The notes under the pieces were generated by a model. The model made no database searches and had not been told where the DNA came from. It was given only the letters and a program-made list of their open reading frames with translations. The position numbers and the translations under genes are program-made. A stretch of DNA of 64,000 bases from positions 40 through 64,039 of the forward strand of contig DATAKO010000049.1 in assembly GCA_036261575.1 (NCBI GenBank), written 5' to 3'. Source of the stretch: Jatrophihabitans sp. GTDB taxonomy: Bacteria; Actinomycetota; Actinomycetes; Mycobacteriales; Jatrophihabitantaceae. Shown here one piece after another: positions 57,369 through 64,000 of the stretch (the first letter of the stretch is position 1; each line of letters opens with the position of its first letter).

Positions 57369-58583
57369 TCAGGTCAGCCGTTCGATGATCATCGCCATGC
57401 CCTGACCGCCGCCCACGCACATCGTCGCCAGACCGTACCGGCCCTGCCGCTCGGCCAGGCTGTGCAGCAACGTCACCAGCATGCGCGCGCCGGTCATCCC
57501 GAACGGGTGTCCCAGTGCGATCGCGCCTCCGTTGACGTTCAACCGGTCCGGGTCGATGCCCAGGGCACGCGCGCTGCCGATCACCTGGACGGCGAATGCC
57601 TCGTTGATCTCGACCAGGTCCAGCTCGGCGATGCTGAGACCGGCCCGGGCCAGGGCCGCCCTACTGGCCGCCACCGGGCCCAGCCCCATGATCTCGGGGC
57701 TGAGCGCTGAAACACCGGTAGCCACGATCCGCGCCAGCGGCCGGACACCGAGCTCGGCCGCCCGGCTGTCACTGAGCACCAGCAGCGCGGCCGCGCCGTC
57801 GTTCAGCGGGCAGCAGTTGCCCGCGGTCACCGTGCCGTCCGGGCGGAACGCCGGCGGCAGCGCGGCCAGGTCGGCCAGCGTCGTGGCCGGTCGCGGGCTG
57901 TCGTCCCGGTGCACCAGCACGCCGTCGGCGCCCGGCACCGGTGTGATCTCGGCATCGAAGAAGCGGCGCGCCAGCGCCGCAGCGGTGCGCTGCTGACTGG
58001 ACAGCGCGTACTCGTCCTGCTCCGCCCGGCTGATGCCCAGCAAAGACGCCACGTTCTCCGCTGTCCGGCCCATTCCGAGAAAGAGCTGCGGCACCCGGCC
58101 GGTGCTGCGCGGGTCCCGCCAGCGATCGGTACCGGTCTCGCCGGCGGCGAGGGCTTCGGCCTCGACGAACATCGGATGCCGGGTGTCGGGAAGTAGCCCC
58201 GGAAAGGCCAGCGCGTGCTGGCTCACGCTCTCCACGCCCACTGACAGCACGGCATCGGCCTCACCGGCCCTGATCGCGTGCGCGGCCATCCGGGTGCTCT
58301 GCAGGCTGGAGGCGCAGTAGCGGGTGACGGTCGTGCCGGGAACGGTGTCCCAACCGAGCTCGACGGCTAGGTTGCGGGCGATGTTGTAATCGGTCTCGCC
58401 GTTGGGCTGGGTGTAGCCGGCGATGATGTCCTCGATGCTGAGCGGATCCAGCTGGGGCACCTGGGCGAGTGTCGCCTCGACGACGCTGCGGGCGAGGTCG
58501 TCCGGCCGTACGGCCGCCAGCGATCCCTTGCCGGCACGGCCGATCGGGGATCGCGTGGCCGCGACGACGACCGCCTCAGCCAT
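57369..58583 (-). CDS. Acetyl-CoA C-acyltransferase (thiolase)
   Basis: RSPIGRA, RYCASS, NEAF, GHPFGMTG, TMCVGGGQG (complete Cys-His-Cys set). Confidence 0.93.
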   Translation of the reverse strand: MAEAVVVAATRSPIGRAGKGSLAAVRPDDLARSVVEATLAQVPQLDPLSIEDIIAGYTQPNGETDYNIARNLAVELGWDTVPGTTVTRYCASSLQSTRMAAHAIRAGEADAVLSVGVESVSQHALAFPGLLPDTRHPMFVEAEALAAGETGTDRWRDPRSTGRVPQLFLGMGRTAENVASLLGISRAEQDEYALSSQQRTAAALARRFFDAEITPVPGADGVLVHRDDSPRPATTLADLAALPPAFRPDGTVTAGNCCPLNDGAAALLVLSDSRAAELGVRPLARIVATGVSALSPEIMGLGPVAASRAALARAGLSIAELDLVEINEAFAVQVIGSARALGIDPDRLNVNGGAIALGHPFGMTGARMLVTLLHSLAERQGRYGLATMCVGGGQGMAMIIERLT

Positions 58584-60192
58584 GGTGCCGTGCACCGGTA
58601 CGGGTGCGGTCGTGCACACCGTCAGCCGCAGCGATCGAGCGTGAGATCAACGCCTTCTGCACCCGCAGGGTAGGCGTCTTGGGCAGCTCGTCGACGAAGT
58701 GCAGGTAGCGCGGCACCATGAACCGGGGTAACCGCGGATCGAGGTAGTCCCAGAGCTGCTCGGCGGCAAGCCCGGCCCCAGGTTCGCGGACGACCACCAG
58801 CTTGATCTCGTCCTCCACGTCATCGGCAGGCACCGCAATGGCGGCACACTCGCGCACCGCGGGGTGCCTGATCGCTTCGGCCTCGACCTCGTAGGAGGAC
58901 ACGTTCTCGCCGCGGCGGCGGATTGTGTCCTTGAGCCGGTCCACGAAGAAATACCTGCCGTGCTCGTCGCAACGAAACGCGTCACCGGTGTGGAACCAGC
59001 CGTTGCGCCAGGCCGCCACGGTGGCCTCGGGCATGTTCAGGTAACCGGCGTTGAGCGTCCACGGCACTTCGGTTCGCAGTACCAGCTCACCCACCTCGCC
59101 CGGCGCGACGTCATAGTCGTGCTCGTCGACGATTCGCAGCTGGTAAAAGGGGTATCCCTCGCGTGCCCACCCGCAGTTGGGTACGTCACCGGCCTGCCAG
59201 TGTGGCAGCCAGGTAGGCACGCTGATCTCGGTCATGTTGTAGGCGCTCCACACCCGGGTACCGAAGCGCTCGTTGAACTCGTCCACCGCCGGCACCACCG
59301 GCGCCATCAGGACGTTGGTCAGGCTCGTCCCCGCGTCGCCGGGCGCCGGTGGGGCCGACAGCAGGAACTGCGCCATCGCCCCGACCAGGCCGGTGTCGGT
59401 TGCCCGGAACCGGCGCACCTCATCCCAGAAGGCCTTTCCGCTGAAGGTGTGACGCATGACAGCAACCCCGCCGAGCATTGCCATCGCCGCAGCGGCGCCC
59501 TTTGCCTGTACGTGGTTGGGCGGCCCGTTGACGTAGATGACCTTGTCCGGGCTGGGACCGGACTCGATGCCGGCCACGGTCAGCAGCTGGCCGGCGTGCA
59601 ACTGGCCCCACGGCATCAGCACGCCCTTGGATGGTCCGGTGGTTCCCGAGGTGTAGATGACCGAGGCGATGTCCCACATCTGCGGCTGTGCATAGGCACG
59701 GCCCGGCTCGTCCGGGACCGCGGCCAATAACTCCGCTGCCGAGTGGCCGGTCAGCCCGCCGACTGGCTCGGAACCACCCTGCTGGCGCAGCACGGTGTGC
59801 AACCGCGGCACCTCACCGGCCACCGCCGCCACCGCGGGGAGGGCAGCGTCGTCGGCGATGAGCAGCCGTGCCTCGGGCAGCCGCAGCTGATGTGCCAGCA
59901 CGGAGCCTTGCAGGGCCACGTTGATCGGCACCTCGACCGCGCCGGCCCACGCGATGCCGAACCAGACCGCATAGTTCTCCGCGGTGTTGTGCAGCATCGT
60001 GGCCACCATGTCGCCGGGCTGCACTCCCAACCGCATGAGCACCCGCGCCCAGCGCAGCGCTCGCTCGTGCAGCTGCCGGTAAGTGAAACTGCCGCCCTCG
60101 ACGTCCAGCAGGTACGGCCGGTCCCCGTCGTGCTCGGCACGCTCGCGCACCAGCAGCGGCAGCACGACCTCCTCGGGCCGGTAGCCGGTCAC
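58576..60192 (-). CDS. CaiC-like acyl-CoA ligase (AMP-binding)
   Basis: YTSGTTGPSKG, YNMTE, WFHTGDAF, DRLKDTIRRRGENVSS; GTGA overlap. Confidence 0.9.
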   Translation of the reverse strand: MTGYRPEEVVLPLLVRERAEHDGDRPYLLDVEGGSFTYRQLHERALRWARVLMRLGVQPGDMVATMLHNTAENYAVWFGIAWAGAVEVPINVALQGSVLAHQLRLPEARLLIADDAALPAVAAVAGEVPRLHTVLRQQGGSEPVGGLTGHSAAELLAAVPDEPGRAYAQPQMWDIASVIYTSGTTGPSKGVLMPWGQLHAGQLLTVAGIESGPSPDKVIYVNGPPNHVQAKGAAAAMAMLGGVAVMRHTFSGKAFWDEVRRFRATDTGLVGAMAQFLLSAPPAPGDAGTSLTNVLMAPVVPAVDEFNERFGTRVWSAYNMTEISVPTWLPHWQAGDVPNCGWAREGYPFYQLRIVDEHDYDVAPGEVGELVLRTEVPWTLNAGYLNMPEATVAAWRNGWFHTGDAFRCDEHGRYFFVDRLKDTIRRRGENVSSYEVEAEAIRHPAVRECAAIAVPADDVEDEIKLVVVREPGAGLAAEQLWDYLDPRLPRFMVPRYLHFVDELPKTPTLRVQKALISRSIAAADGVHDRTRTGARHHG

Positions 60193-61730
60193 GGTCGCAG
60201 TCCCCAACTGACCGGCCCGGGCGCTCGCAGCGGGGCCGCCAGGTTGGCGAACTCGCACAGCAGCGCGCGGGTGTCGCGCGGATCGATGAGTTGCTCGATG
60301 TCGAATGCCTCGGCCGTCTTGATCACTCCCTGCGTCTGCTCCACCTTGTTCAGGATGTCGCGGAGCAATCCGTCCGGATCCGGACTGGCCGCGAGCTCGG
60401 CACGGTAGGCCGCCTCGATGCCACCTTTGGCCGGGATCGAGCCCCAGTCGGCCGAAGGCCACGCGTAGCGGTATTGCAGTCGCGCGTAGTTGGCATGCCC
60501 TGCCCCGCCGACGCCGAAGACCTTGCGCAGGATGATCGAGCACCACGGCACCCGTGCCTGATACACCGCCGACAGTGCGCGTACGCCGTGCCGGATCACC
60601 GCTGCCCGCTCGGCCGCGAGACCGATCAGGAAGCCGGGGTTGTCCACCAGGTGCACCACCGGCAGGTGAAAGGTGTCGGCGAGGTCGATGAACCGCACGG
60701 CCTTGTCCGCGGCGTCGGCACCCCAGCTCCCGCCGTAGATGTAGGGATCGCTGGCGAGCAGGGCTACCGGCCAGCCGTCCAGCCGGGCGAACCCGGTCAC
60801 CACCGCCTTGCCGAAGCCGGCCCCGATCTCGAAGAACGACCCGGTATCGACGACAGATTCGATGATGGGACGGATCCGGTAGACCTTGCGGCGATCGGCG
60901 GGCACGGCGCCGATCAGCCAGTCATCGGCTCGCGCCGGATCGTCGTCCGGTTCGGTCCGTTCGGCCAGCTCGTGTACCGAGGAAGGCAGGTAGGACAGGA
61001 AGCGCCGGGCGCTGGCGAAGGCGGCAGGCTCGTCGTCGACCACGGCATCGACGGTGCCGTTGCGGCCGTGCACCTCGGCGCCGCCGAGCTCCTCCTTGGT
61101 GCGGTGCTCACCGACCGCCGCCACCAGCGGGGGCCCGGCGGTGAAGATCTGGCTGACACCGCGCACCATCACCGCATAGTGGCTGGCCGCCACCCGGGCG
61201 GCGCCGAAGCCGGCGCACGGTCCGAGTGCCAGCGACACCACCGGCACCGTGGCCAGGTTGGCCACGGAGAACTCCCAGCCGGGCAGCGCCGGCACGTAGC
61301 TGCGGCCGAGCTCGACCAGGCTGCGGATGCTGCCGCCGCCACCGGTTCCGTCGATCAGCCGGATGATCGGCAGCCGAAGCTCGTTGGCCATCTGCTCGGA
61401 GTAGATCTGCTTGCGAATGTTGAAGGCGTCCGAGGCCCCGCCGCGGACTGTGAAATCGTCGGCACCGACGACGACCGGCCGGCCGTCGATCCGGCCGCGG
61501 CCGGTGAGGAAGTTGGTTGGCAGGAACCCCGGCTCACCGCCCGGCTGGTGCCGCCCGGACAGCGTGCCGAGCTCGCGGAAGCTGCCCTCGTCCAGCAGCG
61601 CGGCGATTCGCTGGCGGACGTCGAGCTTGCCACTGTCGTGTTGGCGCGCCACCTTGGCGCTGCCACCCATGCCGCGTGCCTGCCGCTCCCGGTCGCGGAT
61701 CTCGTCGATCGAGGGTTGCCAATCGGTCAT
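60189..61730 (-). CDS. Acyl-CoA carboxylase carboxyltransferase subunit
   Basis: RQRIAALLDEGSF, DDFTVRGG, EELGG, VDNPGF, GGIEAAY, IDPRDTR. Confidence 0.92.
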   Translation of the reverse strand: MTDWQPSIDEIRDRERQARGMGGSAKVARQHDSGKLDVRQRIAALLDEGSFRELGTLSGRHQPGGEPGFLPTNFLTGRGRIDGRPVVVGADDFTVRGGASDAFNIRKQIYSEQMANELRLPIIRLIDGTGGGGSIRSLVELGRSYVPALPGWEFSVANLATVPVVSLALGPCAGFGAARVAASHYAVMVRGVSQIFTAGPPLVAAVGEHRTKEELGGAEVHGRNGTVDAVVDDEPAAFASARRFLSYLPSSVHELAERTEPDDDPARADDWLIGAVPADRRKVYRIRPIIESVVDTGSFFEIGAGFGKAVVTGFARLDGWPVALLASDPYIYGGSWGADAADKAVRFIDLADTFHLPVVHLVDNPGFLIGLAAERAAVIRHGVRALSAVYQARVPWCSIILRKVFGVGGAGHANYARLQYRYAWPSADWGSIPAKGGIEAAYRAELAASPDPDGLLRDILNKVEQTQGVIKTAEAFDIEQLIDPRDTRALLCEFANLAAPLRAPGPVSWGLRP

Positions 61731-63085
61731 GCCGGCCGTCCGATCGGGCGCAGCCGGCCCACCAGACCGGTGTCGTAGCCACCGTGCTGGAAGGCGGGGT
61801 CCGCCAGCAGCTCGGCGAAGAAAGGCAGGTTGGTCCTCGGCCCCTCGATCCGGAACTCCGCGACCGCGGCCGCAGCCCGGCGCAGGGCAGCCGGACGATC
61901 CTCGGCCCACACGCACAGCTTGGCCAGCAACGGATCATAGAAGCGTGTGACCGTGTCGCCGGCCCGGTAACCGGCATCAACCCGGATGCCCTCTCCTGCC
62001 GGCTGCCGCCAGCGCTCGATCAGGCCCGGGCTCGGTAGGAAAGTCAGCGGATCCTCGGCACAGACCCGCAGCTGCAGCGCGTGCCCGCACGGGGCCGGTG
62101 GCTGCCGCGGATCGAAACCCGGCCGGTCCCCGGCCGCGACGCGCAGCTGCTCGGCCACCAGGTCCAGGCCGGTGACCAGCTCTGTCACCGTGTGCTCGAC
62201 CTGCAGCCGGGTGTTCATCTCCAGGAAGACGAACTGCCCGGTGGCGGGATCGAGCAGCCATTCCACCGTGCCGGCCCCGCGGTAGCCGACCGCGCGGCCG
62301 GCCGAGATCGAGGCTGCGGCCAGCGCGGTGCGGGTGCGCTCAGCGAGCGCGGTCGCCGGGGTCTCCTCTGCCAGCTTCTGGTGTCGGCGTTGCACGCTGC
62401 AATCACGCTCGCCGAGCGCGACCACCTGCCCGTCCGCCAGTCCGAAGATCTGCACTTCGATGTGCCTGGCCCGCTCGATGAAGCGTTCCAGGTAGAGCTC
62501 GCCGCGGCCGAAGGCGCGTTCGGCGCCGCTGCGGGTGCGCTCGAAGGCAGATACCAGTTGCTGCTCATCGCGGGCCAATGCCATGCCGATGCCGCCGCCA
62601 CCGGCGGCTGCCTTGAGCATGACCGGGTAGCCCAGCCGCTCGGCCGCGGCGATCGCGGCCGAGCGGTCCGGCAGCGCGCTCTCGCTGCCGGCCGAGACCG
62701 GCAGGCCCGCACCGGCCATCCTCAGTCGCGCCTGCAGCTTGTCGCCCATGGCGGCGATGCAGTTCGGGTCCGGTCCGATGAAGGTGAGGCCCGCATCGAT
62801 GACCCGCTGCGCGAATTCCGCGTTCTCGGAGAGGAATCCGTAACCGGGGTGCACGGCTTCAGCGCCGCTGGCGCGAACCGCCGCGAGCATCGCGTCCATG
62901 TCCAGGTATGCCTGTCCCGGTGCCGCGCCCGGCAGTGCGACCGCGTCGTCGGCCGCGTCGACGTGGGCGGCACCGGCGTCGGCGCCGGAGTGCACCGCGA
63001 TACCGCGGACGCCGAGCTGGCGCAGCGTCCGCAGCACCCGGACCGCGATCTCACCGCGATTGGCGACCAGAACTGACCGGAACAT
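61727..63085 (-). CDS. Biotin carboxylase subunit
   Basis: VLVANRGEIA, HPGYGFLSEN, GGGGIGM, RDCSVQRRHQK, EMNTRLQVEH; no fused BCCP. Confidence 0.95.
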   Translation of the reverse strand: MFRSVLVANRGEIAVRVLRTLRQLGVRGIAVHSGADAGAAHVDAADDAVALPGAAPGQAYLDMDAMLAAVRASGAEAVHPGYGFLSENAEFAQRVIDAGLTFIGPDPNCIAAMGDKLQARLRMAGAGLPVSAGSESALPDRSAAIAAAERLGYPVMLKAAAGGGGIGMALARDEQQLVSAFERTRSGAERAFGRGELYLERFIERARHIEVQIFGLADGQVVALGERDCSVQRRHQKLAEETPATALAERTRTALAAASISAGRAVGYRGAGTVEWLLDPATGQFVFLEMNTRLQVEHTVTELVTGLDLVAEQLRVAAGDRPGFDPRQPPAPCGHALQLRVCAEDPLTFLPSPGLIERWRQPAGEGIRVDAGYRAGDTVTRFYDPLLAKLCVWAEDRPAALRRAAAAVAEFRIEGPRTNLPFFAELLADPAFQHGGYDTGLVGRLRPIGRPA

Positions 63086-63119
63086 GGGCTCGACTCCGCG
63101 GCGTCGGCAGGCGCCACTA

Positions 63120-63135
63120 ACTCTGTTAACAGTAG
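63120..63135. promoter_or_regulatory. Candidate operator, copy 3 of ACTCTGYTARYWGWAG
   Basis: ACTCTGTTAACAGTAG containing the perfect palindrome CTGTTAACAG (63123-63132) in the BC/BCCP divergent gap. Confidence 0.6.
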
Positions 63136-63237
63136 TATCGTGCGTGCAGTTGAAGTTAGAGCACGCGTTGCCCGCACGCAAGAATCTCCTGCGGCACAGC
63201 TGCATTCGAACCATCTGCGACCTGGAGGCGACCGCGG

Positions 63238-63462
63238 ATGGCGGAGCTGAACGTGCACAGTGACATCGCCGCATCGATCTGGCAGGTGCTCGTCGAGCCT
63301 GATTCGCAGGTCGGCGAGGGCGATGAGGTGATGATCCTGGAGTCGATGAAGATGGAGGTTCCGGTGACCGCTCCGCGGGCTGGCCGGGTGCTTCAGGTGC
63401 TGGTTGTGGCCGGCCAGTCGGTCGAGGAGGGTGAGCTGCTGATCCGGCTCGATATCAGCTAG
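63238..63462 (+). CDS. Stand-alone biotin carboxyl carrier protein
   Basis: ILESMKME biotinylation motif, 74 aa; GAGG RBS. Confidence 0.92.
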   Translation: MAELNVHSDIAASIWQVLVEPDSQVGEGDEVMILESMKMEVPVTAPRAGRVLQVLVVAGQSVEEGELLIRLDIS

Positions 63463-64000
63463 CCCCGGACAGCAACCGGCGCACCTCGTCGGCCGCGGCG
63501 CTGCCCTGCCGGTACCCGGCACGGGCCGCGGCCGCGGCAACAGCCGGGTCCAGCGGGTTGGTGCCGAAGGCGGTGCTCGCCATCGCGTCCGCGGCGATCA
63601 CGCACTGCTGCGCGCCGGTCAGCGCCGCCAGTTCGCGATCAAGACCGGCCGGGCCTGCCATCGGTGCCAGCACCAGCACCTGCTGGTGGCCGGCCGCGAC
63701 AGAGAGGTTCAACGGCGACCGGACCGCGCCGTCGACGTAGGCCTCGCCGCCGATCCACACCGGCGGCCACACGCCGGGCACCGCGCAGCTTGCTCCGACG
63801 GCATCGAGCAGCGCCACCCCGTCCGCGGCGCGGAAGATGCGCAGCCGACCGGTCTGCGCGCTCACCGCGGTGATCCTCAGCTCGGTCGCCGGCCAGTCGG
63901 TGCGGGGCACAAGCTCGGCGATCTCCTGTCGCCGCCGAGCCGGCGAGATCGTCGTCGCTGCGAGGGCGAGCGCGCCGATCCGGCTGCGGGCCTGCTCGGC
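63455..64000 (-). CDS. Patatin-like phospholipase, 3' part (truncated by window edge)
   Basis: DWP, ASCAVPGVWPP, YVDGAVRS (DGx motif); frame open to the edge. Confidence 0.85.
   Translation of the reverse strand, partial: AEQARSRIGALALAATTISPARRRQEIAELVPRTDWPATELRITAVSAQTGRLRIFRAADGVALLDAVGASCAVPGVWPPVWIGGEAYVDGAVRSPLNLSVAAGHQQVLVLAPMAGPAGLDRELAALTGAQQCVIAADAMASTAFGTNPLDPAVAAAAARAGYRQGSAAADEVRRLLSGAS

Noticed and set aside
1-64000. Mobile elements, prophage, tRNA/rRNA, defence systems
   Set aside because: No transposase, integrase, phage structural, cas, restriction-modification or toxin-antitoxin motifs, or structured RNA genes recognised

Overview
This is a high-GC actinomycete-type chromosomal window, densely coding (about 64 CDS, two truncated at the edges). 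I found no rRNA, tRNA, CRISPR array or transposase/integrase. Blocks, left to right: (1) 1-7219, an ADP-heptose/glycosyltransferase operon (gmhB, GT9, two GT-B enzymes, gmhA, hldE, GT9) plus yihY. (2) 7242-22403, a stress/signalling island: two GAF-ANTAR proteins flanking an MrpA-less, Mbh-ordered mrpEFG-DUF4040-B-C-D operon, two STAS proteins, an RsbW-like kinase, two paralogous GAF-PP2C phosphatases, a histidine phosphatase-nnrD pair and an EAL-PAS-PAS protein. (3) 22852-28969, PMI-like/AKR/glycerate kinase genes, then a histone-H1-like (xxKKA)15 plus J-domain protein translationally coupled to crtI-crtB. (4) 28899-47258, a divergent block around a perfect 20-bp GntR-type palindrome: LLM and Gfo oxidoreductases on one side; 2-hydroxyacid dehydrogenase, DapA-like aldolase, SDR, aminotransferase, Opp/Dpp ABC transporter, Gfo, TldD/TldE, two tandem DUF4438 proteins and GntR on the other. 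This is the best candidate for an undescribed catabolic system. (5) 47243-51026, GGDEF-EAL, gadB and an SMR transporter. (6) 51066-64000, an acyl-CoA activation/carboxylation/thiolysis cluster whose three promoter regions share a 16-bp motif (ACTCTGYTARYWGWAG). All family assignments come from recalled motifs, not database searches. Several start codons were moved from the ORF track using RBS or stop/start-overlap evidence.
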